A stretch of DNA of 27,074 nucleotides from a virus (taxonomy: Duplodnaviria > Caudoviricetes): the IMG/VR virus record IMGVR_UViG_3300046817_000104, positions 1 through 27,074 of that record; one strand, 5' to 3'. The notes below the pieces were generated by a model, which saw only the letters and a program-made list of their open reading frames with translations, ran no database searches and was not told the origin of the DNA. Position numbers and translations under genes: made by a program. The stretch's first letter is position 1, and every line of letters begins with the position of its first letter. Of the stretch, positions 14,821 to 26,117 are shown piece after piece.

Positions 14821-15726
14821 ATGGCCGTGATAACTACGGGGTCGCATCCAAAAGCGTTATGGCCGGGTATTAAGGCTTTTTGGGGACGAAGCTATAACGA
14901 ACACCCAGTCGAGTATCTGGATCTGTTCGACAAGCAGACATCGGACAAGGCGTACGAAGAGGAGGTGGAGATCACCGGCTTCGGTCTCGCGCCGGTCAAG
15001 CCGCAGGGTACCCAGATCTTCTACGACATCGAAGTGCAGGGACCGGTCTCGCGCTTCACTCACGTAGCCTACGCACTCGGCTACATCGTGACCTACGAAG
15101 AGCTGCGCGACGATCTCTACGAGGTGGTCAGCAAACGCCGCGCCGCGCAGCTCTCTTTCTCGATGCGGCAGACCAAAGAGAACGTGCTCGCTGGCACCTA
15201 CAATCTGGCGTTCTCGTCGTCAGCGCTCGGTGCCGACGGCCAGCCGCTGGTTTCAGCCAGCCACCCGACGCTGTCGGGCAATCAGTCGAACCTTGGTGTC
15301 TCTGCGGACATCTCGGAGGTCGCGATCGAGGATCTCGTGATCCAGGTCATGCAGTGCCAGAACAACCGTGGCATGCGGATCTCGGCGCTGCCGATGTCAC
15401 TACACGTGCCACCACAGCTGTGGTTCGAAGCCAACCGTATCTACAACTCTGTGCTGCAGAACGACACCGCCAACAACGCGATCAACGTGCTGCGCGCTGT
15501 CGGCACCTTTCCCAAGGGCATCAAGGTGAACCACTACTTCACCAGTGCCACCGCTTACTTCGTCCGCACCAACATCCCGAACGGCCTCACGTACTATGAG
15601 CGGGATGCGATTTCGTTCGATCAAGACAATGATTTCGATACGAAAAACGCGAAGGCCGCGTGTTATGAACGCTACTCAGGATACTGGGCTGACTGGCGTT
15701 CGATCTTCGCAAATCAGGGTGTGTGA
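14821..15726 (+). CDS. Major capsid protein (HK97 fold, Mu gpT-like group)
   Basis: RBS AAGGAG; ITTGSHPKALWPGI…SDKAYEEEV…YALGYIVTYEELRDDLY…GADGQPLVSASHP…ERYSGYWADWR. Confidence 0.92.
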   Translation: MAVITTGSHPKALWPGIKAFWGRSYNEHPVEYLDLFDKQTSDKAYEEEVEITGFGLAPVKPQGTQIFYDIEVQGPVSRFTHVAYALGYIVTYEELRDDLYEVVSKRRAAQLSFSMRQTKENVLAGTYNLAFSSSALGADGQPLVSASHPTLSGNQSNLGVSADISEVAIEDLVIQVMQCQNNRGMRISALPMSLHVPPQLWFEANRIYNSVLQNDTANNAINVLRAVGTFPKGIKVNHYFTSATAYFVRTNIPNGLTYYERDAISFDQDNDFDTKNAKAACYERYSGYWADWRSIFANQGV

Positions 15727-15751
15727 GTAAGACAACTAACAGGAGGTCCGT

Positions 15752-15940
15752 ATGACTATTGGCTTCCTGTTTTGGTTGCTGATGATACTAGCCATCGTGT
15801 TCTACGTGGTCGGCTACTGGGGGCCATATGCAAGCAACCCCCATTGGCCGAGGTTCAACGGCGTCTGGGTGTTCGTGCTCCTATTTCTTTTGGGATGGGC
15901 AGTTTTTGGATTTGCCATCCAGGGACCGGGCGTCCGGTGA
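15752..15940 (+). CDS. Small two-TM membrane protein (62 aa)
   Basis: RBS AGGAGG and two hydrophobic segments. Confidence 0.8.
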   Translation: MTIGFLFWLLMILAIVFYVVGYWGPYASNPHWPRFNGVWVFVLLFLLGWAVFGFAIQGPGVR

Positions 15941-16533
15941 GATACTTCGAGCGGATCGCCGCTGGCATCGACGTCGAGCCTCTGTTGCATCAGTTGCGTA
16001 CGCAACCGGAGCTATGGAACGCGGTGCCGATCCGCTCGCAGTATGGCCAGCACAAGGACACCGACGACATCCTGCTGCGCTACAATCGGTTCGACCCGGC
16101 GCGGGATGATCCGCGCGATGTCGTGGTCAGCAGCATCTACTGCAAGAACTATCCCGCCTGGGGCGCGCTGCCGCTCGCCATGCCGATCGTGTTCGGTCTG
16201 ATGGCCAGGGTGCAGGGGGTGCATCTCGGGCGGGTGTTCATCTCCCGCCTGCCGCCCGAGGCATCCATCCCGCCGCACAGTGACCGCGATCCGTTCACTG
16301 AACAGGAATTCCCCGAGCGGCCGGTGCCTGCGGTCTACTACGAGCGCTACCAGCTGACGCTGCAGGCGCACCCTGGCGTGGTGTTCGTGGCGGGCGACGA
16401 GCGGGTCTACATGGAGCCGGGCACGATCTGGTGGTTCGACAATCAGGCCGAGCACACGGTGGAGAACCGCTCGCTGGATGACCGCATCGCCATGACGATC
16501 GACATCCGGCCGTTCAAGCCGCTGGAGCCGTGA
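15937..16533 (+). CDS. Fe(II)/2-oxoglutarate oxygenase, aspartyl/asparaginyl beta-hydroxylase-like family
   Basis: GTGA-coupled start. HxD (IPPHSD), distal His (WWFDNQAEHTVEN) and Arg (DDRI) fit the facial triad and 2OG-binding pattern. Confidence 0.82.
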   Translation: MRYFERIAAGIDVEPLLHQLRTQPELWNAVPIRSQYGQHKDTDDILLRYNRFDPARDDPRDVVVSSIYCKNYPAWGALPLAMPIVFGLMARVQGVHLGRVFISRLPPEASIPPHSDRDPFTEQEFPERPVPAVYYERYQLTLQAHPGVVFVAGDERVYMEPGTIWWFDNQAEHTVENRSLDDRIAMTIDIRPFKPLEP

Positions 16534-16847
16534 TGTCGGACGTCCCCGAGATCGATGTGCATCTGCCTGATGAGCCGACGGAGCTGCGGGTGGCGCCGCC
16601 GCAGATCCTGGTGTTCACCATCGGCGCCGGGTATGCGGGCGCCACGATCAACATGGTGGTCGACCCTACTGCGGCCAACGTCAGCGGACAGAACAAGACA
16701 CGGCTGGTGCTGGCACGCACGATGGACGAATTGATGGGACGCCTTGTTGCGGTGTTGATCCAGGAGTTCGGTCTGGCGCAGGCCGTTGCCGTTGCTCTCG
16801 TTCCGGCTGGTCTGACACAGCTAGCGCCGGTTACAGGAGGCCCGTGA
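16530..16847 (+). CDS. Hypothetical protein, paralogous to the N-terminus of the next gene
   Basis: Coupled ORF with visible similarity to 16844..17737. Confidence 0.7.
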   Translation: MMSDVPEIDVHLPDEPTELRVAPPQILVFTIGAGYAGATINMVVDPTAANVSGQNKTRLVLARTMDELMGRLVAVLIQEFGLAQAVAVALVPAGLTQLAPVTGGP

Positions 16848-17737
16848 TGTCTGACGACGCTGAAGAGCCCGACATCCTCGAAGAGGAGGCGACAGAGCCG
16901 CTGCCCGAGATCCTGGTCTACAGCATGGGTAGTGGGCTGATCGGCGCCACGGTCAGTGTGCTGATTGACGCCAAAGGCTCCAACCTGGGCGAGAGCTACA
17001 AGACGCAGCTGGTGATGGGGCGCGATCCTGGCGAGCTGAACGACCGTGTCGTGTCGGTGCTGGTGGCGCAGTTCGGATTGTCGCAGGACGACGCGCAGGC
17101 GGCGATGGATAGTGCGACGGCGGTGGTGCCTGCCGACGGCTCAGGCCCGGAGTATCTGCCGCTCGACGGCAGCGTTCCCATGCTGGGACCGTTGTATCTT
17201 AGCGGCGACCCTGTCGATGCGCCGGATGATTCGTCCGATGTGCTGGCTACGACCAAGCACTACGTCGATGCTGCCAACAATCTGAAGATGAATACCTTCG
17301 GTATCGGCGACGCCAGTGAGGCGGCAGGCGGCGAGATCGGCGAGTACATGGTGGTCAGCAACACGGTCGGCGTCACCCTGCCGACGACGGTGCCAACCAT
17401 GATCTGCCAGCTCAGCCTCACGCCAGGGGATTGGGAGATCTGGGGCGCGATCGACTTCGTCCCCGCCGCTGGCGTCAGCCCGAACATGGTCGCGGCATCC
17501 GTCAGCGTGCATCCCGACGCGCTGCCCAGCGATACCGATCTGATGGAGGGCGTCGGCATCCTCAACATGATCACCACCAACTCGCTGACCGCAGGCCAGC
17601 GCCAGATGCTGATGACCGGCCAGTGCCGCTCCAACCAAGCCGCCCCGCTCGACGTCTACCTCGTGGGCCAGACCACCCTCGGTGGCAGCGGGCTTCTAAC
17701 CGCGAAAGGCTACATCTGCGCCAGACGCGTGAGATAA
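16844..17737 (+). CDS. Probable virion/fibre-like protein
   Basis: RBS AGGAGG; YLPLDG…MLGPLYLSGDP…ATTKHYVD fibre motif; GEIGEY…LSLTPGDWEIWG beta-sandwich-like tail. Confidence 0.65.
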   Translation: MMSDDAEEPDILEEEATEPLPEILVYSMGSGLIGATVSVLIDAKGSNLGESYKTQLVMGRDPGELNDRVVSVLVAQFGLSQDDAQAAMDSATAVVPADGSGPEYLPLDGSVPMLGPLYLSGDPVDAPDDSSDVLATTKHYVDAANNLKMNTFGIGDASEAAGGEIGEYMVVSNTVGVTLPTTVPTMICQLSLTPGDWEIWGAIDFVPAAGVSPNMVAASVSVHPDALPSDTDLMEGVGILNMITTNSLTAGQRQMLMTGQCRSNQAAPLDVYLVGQTTLGGSGLLTAKGYICARRVR

Positions 17738-17787
17738 CAGCAACGCTTCCTTCTGCCCCGCACTCAGTGCGCTGAAAGGATCAAATC

Positions 17788-18729
17788 GTGGCACGCACAG
17801 CACTCTACGCCCCGGCCCACCGTGTGATGGGACGCAATCCGCCAGGAAACCGTCTAGGCGCCAGTCAGCCGCCCACCGTGTCGATGTCCTTCGATGCTGG
17901 CGGCACCGGCATCCAGGACAGCCGCTGGCTGTGGAACGCTGGCTCGTCGAGCACCGCACCGCAGATAATTGGCTGGCCTGATCCTGGGCTGTATCCGGTC
18001 TACGACTGCGTGCCAGCGACCCTGGCCGCAGCGGCACTCGCCCCGTCGGCGGTGCCCGTGGTGGGCACGGCTTTCACGTTGGTGTCGTCCTCGGCCGCTG
18101 GGGTGGTGGTGCCGACCACACCGACTCAGATGTTCCCAGGCGGCACGTTAGTACCGACGACGGCGCGCTTCATCCATGCGGTGCCGCTGTATCAGAAATT
18201 TGGCTACGGCAAGCAACAAGCCTACGCCTACGACGCGGCGACCATGCTGGAGCGCTGCATCACCATCACCAGCGTCGGCAACGACAGCGCCGCGACCATG
18301 CTGCTCACCGGGGTGGATCAGTATGGCTATCTGATGACCCAGCGGGTGACCATGGGCAGCGGCGCGGCGGTCACCAGCACCAAGGCGTTCAAGGCGCTGA
18401 TCAGCGCGGTGCCGAGCGGCACACTGTCGGGCAGCGCGATCACCATCGGCACATCGGACACGTTCGGGTTGCCGTTCTATTGCTCGCAGCTGAGCCAGAT
18501 CTACGGGTTCTGGAACAACCTGATACTGTATGGCACCGGCACATTAGTTGCTGGTGTTACGACTATTCCGTCGACCAATCTGCTCGGTGATACCTGCGGC
18601 ACCTGGATCCCGGCCAGCGCCTCGGACGGTTCGAAGCGCTTGACCATGTTCATGCGCCCCTGGCTGCCGCAGATGGTCAGTGCGACATATGGGCTCAATC
18701 AGGGCCTGTTCGGGGTGACCCAGGTTTGA
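17788..18729 (+). CDS. Putative virion structural protein
   Basis: RBS AAAGGA; Thr/Ser/Gly/Ala-rich; motifs GVDQYGY, KAFK and IGTSDTFGLP. Confidence 0.7.
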   Translation: MARTALYAPAHRVMGRNPPGNRLGASQPPTVSMSFDAGGTGIQDSRWLWNAGSSSTAPQIIGWPDPGLYPVYDCVPATLAAAALAPSAVPVVGTAFTLVSSSAAGVVVPTTPTQMFPGGTLVPTTARFIHAVPLYQKFGYGKQQAYAYDAATMLERCITITSVGNDSAATMLLTGVDQYGYLMTQRVTMGSGAAVTSTKAFKALISAVPSGTLSGSAITIGTSDTFGLPFYCSQLSQIYGFWNNLILYGTGTLVAGVTTIPSTNLLGDTCGTWIPASASDGSKRLTMFMRPWLPQMVSATYGLNQGLFGVTQV

Positions 18730-18758
18730 TGGGCCGTGGCTGAACGAGGAGAAAAGCC

Positions 18759-19199
18759 ATGGTTGACGTAGTATCGACCCAGATCCTGGAGAACGGTCCA
18801 CGCTTCATCGTGACCAAGTTCACCAGCCTGTCCGATGCGACCGGTGAGTCTGGCGTCACCAAGCTCAACGCCACGTCGAGCGGCCCCTACGGCGTGGTGT
18901 TTCAGGGCAACACGATCTACCCCGGCATCCATCTTGCGGTGGTCGCGGTGTGGTTCTCGGTCACCGGCATGGCGCTGCGTGTCCAGTGGCATGCCACCTC
19001 CAATGTCGACATGATGGTCCTGTCGCAGGCTGACAACTGGCAGTTCCTGGACCTGGGGCGCGGCGGGTTTGGCGGTCTCACGCCGCCCACAGGCGTTACC
19101 GGGATCACGGGCTCGATCGATTTCACCACGGCAGCGCAGGTGGCCAACAGCGGCTACACGGTGATCCTGAAATGCACCAAGAACATTCCGCAGTCGTGA
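18759..19199 (+). CDS. Putative virion structural protein
   Basis: RBS GAGGAG; beta-rich 146 aa protein in the structural module. Confidence 0.7.
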   Translation: MVDVVSTQILENGPRFIVTKFTSLSDATGESGVTKLNATSSGPYGVVFQGNTIYPGIHLAVVAVWFSVTGMALRVQWHATSNVDMMVLSQADNWQFLDLGRGGFGGLTPPTGVTGITGSIDFTTAAQVANSGYTVILKCTKNIPQS

Positions 19200-19205
19200 G
19201 GCAGC

Positions 19206-19787
19206 ATGCCGTATGGAACCTACTACAAGCCCGGCGACTGGAACGTCATCGATGACCTGACCGGGTTCCGGCTGAAGCACTCACAGGCGCGCCGGATCCC
19301 CGGCGGCCAGACCGGCGGGTTGCTGGTCGACAAGAAGCGCTGGGAGCCGCAGCAGCCGCAGGACTTCGTGCGCGGCGTGGTCGATGACCAGTCGATCCCC
19401 GGCGGTGAGGCGCGGCCACGCCAGCAGAACCGGTTTACTATCACCGCGACGTTCATCACCGCGCAGTCGCCGCGTGGCAGCAACCTCATCACCGTGGATA
19501 GTGCTGAGGGATTCAGTCCCGGCGATCGCATCGGGGTGATGCTCGACAGCGGCGAGAACTATTTCCCGGTCGTGGTCAGGATCGTCGGCAACCAGATGCT
19601 GCTCTCGTATGTGCTGCCCGCGACGGTGGGCGGCCCCTACAACGACATCGGCATGTTCGGCAATTACGGCGGCCCGATCGAGAACACGGTGCTGGCGCTG
19701 GGTCCGTCGGGCGCCACGTTCCTGGTCGACGACAATGGGAACATCCCCATCACCGACGACAACAACAACATGTTCAGCACATCATGA
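19206..19787 (+). CDS. Phage head-tail region protein of unknown function
   Basis: Motif [14 protein letters not shown]…[17 protein letters not shown]; ATGA coupling to the fibre gene. Confidence 0.7.
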   Translation: MPYGTYYKPGDWNVIDDLTGFRLKHSQARRIPGGQTGGLLVDKKRWEPQQPQDFVRGVVDDQSIPGGEARPRQQNRFTITATFITAQSPRGSNLITVDSAEGFSPGDRIGVMLDSGENYFPVVVRIVGNQMLLSYVLPATVGGPYNDIGMFGNYGGPIENTVLALGPSGATFLVDDNGNIPITDDNNNMFSTS

Positions 19788-22700
19788 GCACGACACTCCT
19801 CACCGAAACCATCGGCGATCTGCCGGGTGCGGTTGATCCGCAGCTCGATGACACGCTGGCGATGTGGCAGCAGGGCCAGATACCGCACACGCGGCAGATG
19901 TCGCTGCAGGACATCCAGGCGCTGGTAGGCAGCATCGGCGAGGCACCGCAGGACGGCAACGTCTGGGGCCGTGTCAACGCGAGCTGGGTGCAGGTGCTGC
20001 CGCTGAGCGGCGGCACGATCCTGCCGGGGCCGCTCGGTATCAGCTCGCCCAACACCGACGCCACGCTCAACCTCGAAAGCACGGCTGGTTTCGCCAACAC
20101 CCTCGCGGGGTCTCAGGACGGTTTGAAGTTCTGGCAGATCTCGATGCCGGATACGTCGGTGGCTGGCAACTTCACCATCAGCCGCTTTGATATCACCGGC
20201 AATCAGGACACCGTCGGCTATGCGGCCGAGATCGAGCACGCCACCGGCCAGCTGGTGCTGCCGAACGGCTTCCGCGTCACCGGCAGCGGCACCGCGACAG
20301 TCGCGGCAGATCCGGTCAACGCGTTCGATGTCGCCACCAAGCAGTATGTCGATGCGCAGGTAGCGATCCCGCCGGGGGCACCCACCGGGGCGGCGGGCGG
20401 CTCGCTGACGGGGTCGTATCCGAACCCGGCGATCGCCAACAGCGGCGTGCGCCCTGGCACCTATACCATCGCCACGGTGACGATCGGCGACGACGGCCGC
20501 ATCACCGATGCCGTGAGCGGCCTCACAGCGCCGCCTGGGACGCCTGCGGGGCCTGCCGGGGGCGATCTGACGGGGAACTACCCCAACCCAACCCTGGTCA
20601 CCACAGCGGTCATAGCGGGCGCCTACACCAACGCCAACGTCACGGTCGACAGCAACGGGCGCGTTACCGCCGCCGCCAACGGCAGCACGACACCGACCGG
20701 TGCGGCGGGCGGTGATCTCACCGGCACGTATCCCAACCCGACGCTGAAGGCGACGACGGTCACCGCTGGTAACTACACCAACGCCAGCTTCACGGTGGAC
20801 ACCAAGGGGCGCCTGACGTCCGCGTCGAGCGGCACGGTGGTGACGTCGGCGCTGCCGATCGGCCCGGCTGGCGGCGGCCTGAGCGGAACGTACCCGAACC
20901 CAGCCATCGCGCCCTACGCCGCAACCACCACGACGACGCTGCGGACCATCGCTGATCGCGCCAACGATCAGATCAATGTCCGCGACTACGGTGCCAAGCT
21001 GGATGGCACCACCAACGACGCGGCGGCGTTCATGGCGGCCTACACAGCAGCGTCAGCGGGCCCTGGCGGGGCATCGATCTGGGTGCCGCGCGGCGGCGTC
21101 AACGTCACTGGCGCCACGCTGACCGGTGGTGCCAATCCGGTGCTCTGGAAGCTGGACGGCGATACCTTCAGCACGGGCACGACGCCGGTTTCTGTGCTGG
21201 GCGACGGCGATGTCACCGTGAGCAACTACGGCCGGGTGTCGTTTCGCAAGCAACTACTAAGCTCGGCCAATGGCTTCGCTACGCTTGAAACGAGCGTCAA
21301 CAACCGCAACCCTGGATATGGCGGGCTGGCGAGTGCGTTTCGTGCCAGTGCCAACATGGCGTATGGCGCGAAAGGTATAACCAGCGCGGCAACCATCACG
21401 TCATCGCGTAGCGATGCGGCTGCCACTGCGACCCAACTCGCGATAGGAAACGTCACCGACTACAGCGGGCTGCCGCCGGTCAGCGGTCAACTCGACTACG
21501 GGCTCAATCTGCAGTTCCAAGCCAACGGGCCAGAGGCCGCATCGACGGGTTACGCCCCCGGCGGCGGCGCCCGCACGTTCCTCGTGCTGAACCCTGGACC
21601 GACGCAGATGCAGAACAACTGGCAACCAACGCACAGCTACGCGCTGGGTGTCATCATCGTACCGACGGTAGCTAACAACCTCACCTATGTCTGTATCGCC
21701 CCAGGCACATCGGGATCCACCGAGCCGACATGGCCGACCGATGGCGGCGGCACGGTGGTGGATAGCGGCGTCACATGGCAGACCAGCAACGGCACCATCC
21801 TGCACCCGTGGCAGCCGTCGCACGCCTACACCGTTGGCACGGCGATGCAGCCAACGGTGGGGAACGGCTTCACCTACGTCTGCACCGCTCCAGGTACATC
21901 CGGCACCACTGAGCCGACATGGCCGACTTCGGCTGGCACCGTCGGCGACGGCGGCGTGACATGGGCGTTCGGCACTACCGTGGCGATGCAGATGAGCCGC
22001 GCGATCTCGGTTGTCGGCGGCAGTACAGCATCGTTCGGCACCGCGCTCTATGCTGTCGGGCCGTTCTACGACGCGATCCTTGAGTTCTCCGGTGCCACGC
22101 TCGCTGATGCCGGGGTCAAGGACGCGGCGATCCGGCTCGCGGCCAACCAGCCGATCGACTGGAGCGGCGACCTAACGGACGCGCACCAGAACGTCCGCAC
22201 CACGCGCTACAACAGCAGCAAGGCAGCGTGGCAATACATCACCGGCAGCATCACCGCGCTGTCGATCTCGGATACCGGCGTCACCGACTTTTCCTCGACA
22301 CCCACCGTGCTTGGCGTGCCGCTGGCGGGCACCGGCACCGTCACCAAGGTTTCGACCACGAGCCCCGGCATTACCGGCGGCCCAATCACTGGAGCCGGAA
22401 CTCTTTCCGTTCAGTGGAATGCGGGCACGGTGTTCGCCATCGACGGCGGCAGCATGGTGTTGACGGCGGGCACGCTATCGGCCAGCGGTGGTCCACCATC
22501 CGGCAAGGCGGGCGGCTCGCTCGGCGGCAACTATCCCAACCCCACCCTGGCGACACAGGCTGGCAAGACGATCCTCGCCAACAGCACGGCAGGGACGGCG
22601 GCACCAACGGCAGTGCCGATTGGCACCGGCCTGTCGTTCAGTAGCGGCACGCTCACGGCGACCTCTGTCGGCAGCGTGACCACGGTGGCCACCACCGGCA

Positions 22701-23743
22701 CCGGCATCACGGGCGGCCCGATCACCACCAGCGGCACGCTCGCCGTGGCCTGGAACGGCGGCTCGGTCACCGCCATTGGATCCGGTCTATCTCTGACCAG
22801 CGGCACCCTGGCGTCGACCAGCAGCGGCGGCAGCGTGACCACGGTGGCGACCAGCGGGCCGGGCATCACGGGTGGTCCGATCACCACGGCTGGCACCCTC
22901 GCCGTGCAGTGGAACGGCGGCACGGTCACGACGGTGGGGTCGGGCCTGTTGCTCACCAGTGGCACCCTGGCGTCGACCGCTGGCGGTGGTTCGGTGACCT
23001 CCATCACCGCAGGCACCGGCCTGTCGGGCGGCACCATCACGACCGCTGGCACCGTCGCCCTGGCCACCCGCACCGCCAGCACGATCATGGGCAACCCCGG
23101 CACCGCAGCGGCGGTCCCGAGCGATATCGCGATCGGCAGCGGTCTGACGCTGTCGACCGGCGGCACGCTGACCGCGACCGGATCTGGCGGTTCGGTCACC
23201 TCGGTGGCGACCAGCGGCACCGGCATTACCGGCGGTCCCATAACCACGAGTGGCACGCTTGCGGTGCAGTGGAACGGCGGCACGGTGTCCGCGCTGTCGG
23301 GGCTGACGATCACCAGCGGCACTCTGACATCCACCCCGACGGCTTCGGCGATCGCTGGCGTGATGACCTACACCCAGCTGCCTGCCGAGGTGCAGAGCGT
23401 GCCGATCGCGTTCCCGTTCGCGGGACAACCGGCGGCCAGCGCTGCGATCAACGTGCCTATGGTGATGTCGCTGACGGTGCCCGCGTCGCTGGCAGGCACC
23501 AAGATCTATGACGGCACGCAGACCAAGGCGAACGCGGCGTTCATCCTCAACCAGATCAGCGGCGGCACCACGATCACCCCGATCGGCACGATCACGGTGA
23601 CCACCGCGTCGCACACCAGCGCGACGCTGGCTGGCAGCGGCGGCACGCTGGCGATCGGCGACGTGCTGCAGATCGTGGCGCCGGGCACGCCGGATGTGGC
23701 GCTGAGCGACGTGTCGTTCACCATCCTGACGTCGAGGGTCTGA
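19784..23743 (+). CDS. Long modular tail fibre/tailspike protein (1319 aa)
   Basis: Five GG(D/S/G)LxGxYPNP repeats, [20 protein letters not shown] (beta-helix cap motif), two WQPxHxY…YVCxAPGTSGxTEPTWP modules and four [17 protein letters not shown]…WNxG repeats. Confidence 0.85.
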   Translation: MSTTLLTETIGDLPGAVDPQLDDTLAMWQQGQIPHTRQMSLQDIQALVGSIGEAPQDGNVWGRVNASWVQVLPLSGGTILPGPLGISSPNTDATLNLESTAGFANTLAGSQDGLKFWQISMPDTSVAGNFTISRFDITGNQDTVGYAAEIEHATGQLVLPNGFRVTGSGTATVAADPVNAFDVATKQYVDAQVAIPPGAPTGAAGGSLTGSYPNPAIANSGVRPGTYTIATVTIGDDGRITDAVSGLTAPPGTPAGPAGGDLTGNYPNPTLVTTAVIAGAYTNANVTVDSNGRVTAAANGSTTPTGAAGGDLTGTYPNPTLKATTVTAGNYTNASFTVDTKGRLTSASSGTVVTSALPIGPAGGGLSGTYPNPAIAPYAATTTTTLRTIADRANDQINVRDYGAKLDGTTNDAAAFMAAYTAASAGPGGASIWVPRGGVNVTGATLTGGANPVLWKLDGDTFSTGTTPVSVLGDGDVTVSNYGRVSFRKQLLSSANGFATLETSVNNRNPGYGGLASAFRASANMAYGAKGITSAATITSSRSDAAATATQLAIGNVTDYSGLPPVSGQLDYGLNLQFQANGPEAASTGYAPGGGARTFLVLNPGPTQMQNNWQPTHSYALGVIIVPTVANNLTYVCIAPGTSGSTEPTWPTDGGGTVVDSGVTWQTSNGTILHPWQPSHAYTVGTAMQPTVGNGFTYVCTAPGTSGTTEPTWPTSAGTVGDGGVTWAFGTTVAMQMSRAISVVGGSTASFGTALYAVGPFYDAILEFSGATLADAGVKDAAIRLAANQPIDWSGDLTDAHQNVRTTRYNSSKAAWQYITGSITALSISDTGVTDFSSTPTVLGVPLAGTGTVTKVSTTSPGITGGPITGAGTLSVQWNAGTVFAIDGGSMVLTAGTLSASGGPPSGKAGGSLGGNYPNPTLATQAGKTILANSTAGTAAPTAVPIGTGLSFSSGTLTATSVGSVTTVATTGTGITGGPITTSGTLAVAWNGGSVTAIGSGLSLTSGTLASTSSGGSVTTVATSGPGITGGPITTAGTLAVQWNGGTVTTVGSGLLLTSGTLASTAGGGSVTSITAGTGLSGGTITTAGTVALATRTASTIMGNPGTAAAVPSDIAIGSGLTLSTGGTLTATGSGGSVTSVATSGTGITGGPITTSGTLAVQWNGGTVSALSGLTITSGTLTSTPTASAIAGVMTYTQLPAEVQSVPIAFPFAGQPAASAAINVPMVMSLTVPASLAGTKIYDGTQTKANAAFILNQISGGTTITPIGTITVTTASHTSATLAGSGGTLAIGDVLQIVAPGTPDVALSDVSFTILTSRV

Positions 23744-25224
23744 TGGCGTGGAGCTTCGGTGATTCTTTCGATCTCTACGCGGCGCAGACCGATGCGATTG
23801 CGGGCTATTGGGACAGCGGGACGACAGCTGGTTACACTTTGGTGGCCGGTCGCTTTGCTGGTAGTCAGGCGGTTTCCATAGGAAGCGTTGCGCCGAATGG
23901 CTTAGTGAAAAGCAGTACTGCAACCACCGATCCGGTGCATCATATCGTTGTGGCATATTTCCAGGTGGCGGCGCTGAGCGGTACGACACTCGGGCTGTAT
24001 TTCCAACTGTCAGACGGTGCGACCAATCAATGCTGCATCGTGTTTCGATCGGATGGCGCTATCCTGCTGACCTCTGCCACGCCATCAGGAACGGTTCTCG
24101 ATACCTACACCGGCGCGGTGACAGCGCAGAACACATGGTTTGCCTTTGAGTTCGAGATCGTTATAAATGGTTCGACTGGTAGCTGGGCAGTGCGCAAGAA
24201 CGGCAGCACCAGCAACGACCACGCACAGGGTGGCCTCAACACGCGCCCCGGCACAAATACCCAAGCGAACAAGCTGTCAGTTGGCATGCAGGCCAGTGTT
24301 AACAACGTGCGCTTCGATGACGTTCTCTGGCGCAGTGATGCATCGAGCGTGCCGTGGGTGGGCGACATCCGGTGCTACGCGCGGATGCCGAGCACGACCA
24401 CGCAGACGCAGTTCTCGGTGGCGCCAAATCCAGCCACGAACACTCTTGCGCCATTCGGAACCGGCAGCGACGTGACGGCAAACGCCAGATACACACCGTT
24501 TGCTGCCGCCTTTAGTGGTACAGTCGGAACTATCATCATTAACGTGAACACCGGGTTTACGGGCAACCTAAAGTGCACAATTTTCTCTTCCGACATTACT
24601 ACCGGCAACCCGGCCGCGATACTGGGATCGGCAACGAACATCGTAAATCCGGTGACGGGAAATAATACTTGCACATTCGGCACGCCGGTAACTGTATCGA
24701 AGGGCGTGACATATTGGTTTGGGGTTAGCCACGATGTCACGGCCGTATTCACGACCGGATCGGGGTCAACCGGGAGAACCGGCACGGGTGTCAGCTACGC
24801 GTCATTTCCGAGCGCCTCGCCAACTATGGGCGCTTCGGTGGGAGGGGTCACCAGCACCGTTAACATCACCCCATCCAACAACGCCGAGTATGTCAACGAA
24901 GCGCAGCAGGACGGCCTCACCAGCTATGTCTACGACAGCACCGTCAACGACGCGGACTTCTACACCATCGGCACCATCGCCTCGACGCCGACCAGCACGA
25001 TCGCGGTGACCGCACGCGCATATATGCAGAAGAGCGACGCCGGATCACGCACCGCAGCGGTCCAGATCAAGAGCGGCGGCACCACCGTCGCCTCGTCCAC
25101 GTTGACGCTGACCACCGGCTTCCAGTGGACGTGGCGCACCGACACGACCGATCCGAACACAGGCGCGGCGTGGGGCGCGAGCGCGGTCAGTGCGGCCACC
25201 ATCGGCCCGCGTGTGATTGCGTGA
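23743..25224 (+). CDS. Virion protein (tail/receptor-binding, lectin-like beta-sandwich)
   Basis: TGATG coupling; Thr/Ser-rich with lectin-like pattern WFAFEFEIV…RFDDV. Confidence 0.7.
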   Translation: MAWSFGDSFDLYAAQTDAIAGYWDSGTTAGYTLVAGRFAGSQAVSIGSVAPNGLVKSSTATTDPVHHIVVAYFQVAALSGTTLGLYFQLSDGATNQCCIVFRSDGAILLTSATPSGTVLDTYTGAVTAQNTWFAFEFEIVINGSTGSWAVRKNGSTSNDHAQGGLNTRPGTNTQANKLSVGMQASVNNVRFDDVLWRSDASSVPWVGDIRCYARMPSTTTQTQFSVAPNPATNTLAPFGTGSDVTANARYTPFAAAFSGTVGTIIINVNTGFTGNLKCTIFSSDITTGNPAAILGSATNIVNPVTGNNTCTFGTPVTVSKGVTYWFGVSHDVTAVFTTGSGSTGRTGTGVSYASFPSASPTMGASVGGVTSTVNITPSNNAEYVNEAQQDGLTSYVYDSTVNDADFYTIGTIASTPTSTIAVTARAYMQKSDAGSRTAAVQIKSGGTTVASSTLTLTTGFQWTWRTDTTDPNTGAAWGASAVSAATIGPRVIA

Positions 25225-25232
25225 GCTGAACC

Positions 25233-26108
25233 GTGGCGAACACCCAATGGAATGGGAGCGATAAGAGCGCCAACGTCACGCTGAGTGGCCTCAATCTGAT
25301 CGCTGTTGCGAGTGGCGCATCAGCCTGGGTCAGGGCTGTTGATAAGCAGATCACCGGAAAATTCTACTGGGAATGCACACCGACGGTATGGGGCAACGCC
25401 AATACCGGGGTCGGTTTCAGTACACCAAATGTGACCACTCCTGTCCCGACATCGATCGGGACGTGCGTCGTCATTAAGAGCGGCGTCATCAACGTCGATG
25501 GCGTCAGCAGCGGATCTACGCTGGGTGCTCGTGCTGCTGCTGACGTAATCAGCGTAGCCGTGGATTTTGGTGCTCGCCTAACGTGGTTTCGCGTCGCGGC
25601 GGCTGGCAACTGGAACGGCAGTGCGACAGCCAATCCGGCGACTGGCGCTGGCGGCGTAGCGATCACAAGTTCCGGTGTTGGCGTCCCAGCATTTCCGCTG
25701 GCGATCATGGGCGCCAATCTGGACGCAATCACCGCCAACTTCGGCGACACCGCCTTCACCGGCACGGTGCCGAGCGGCTTCACCTCGGGCTTCACCGCAG
25801 GCGCCTCGATCGGCACCAATGCGCTCGCCACCCAGGCAGCGGTCGAGCACTGGCTGACCACCAACCCGGCCGCCCAGGTCACCCAGGTGGCGCTGGAGCA
25901 CTGGGCGTCGGTGCAGACCACGTATCCGACCCCGCTGACGCCCTCGATGATGCTGTCGGGCTCTCGCGCTGGCATCGGCTCGGTGGTGCTGGTGCAGGAC
26001 AACACCACCCGCACCGAGATGATCAGCGACGTCGGCGCCGTGATGCAGATCGCGCAGATCGTGCCGCCAGTCGGCGGCGCGCAGGCCCGTGCTATGATCC
26101 TGGCATAG
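25233..26108 (+). CDS. Virion protein with a SPRY/ConA-like domain
   Basis: DKSANVTLSGLNL…GKFYWE…DVISVAVDFGARLTWFR…TANFGDTAFTGTVPSGF. Confidence 0.7.
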   Translation: MANTQWNGSDKSANVTLSGLNLIAVASGASAWVRAVDKQITGKFYWECTPTVWGNANTGVGFSTPNVTTPVPTSIGTCVVIKSGVINVDGVSSGSTLGARAAADVISVAVDFGARLTWFRVAAAGNWNGSATANPATGAGGVAITSSGVGVPAFPLAIMGANLDAITANFGDTAFTGTVPSGFTSGFTAGASIGTNALATQAAVEHWLTTNPAAQVTQVALEHWASVQTTYPTPLTPSMMLSGSRAGIGSVVLVQDNTTRTEMISDVGAVMQIAQIVPPVGGAQARAMILA

Positions 26109-26117
26109 GAGGCGATC

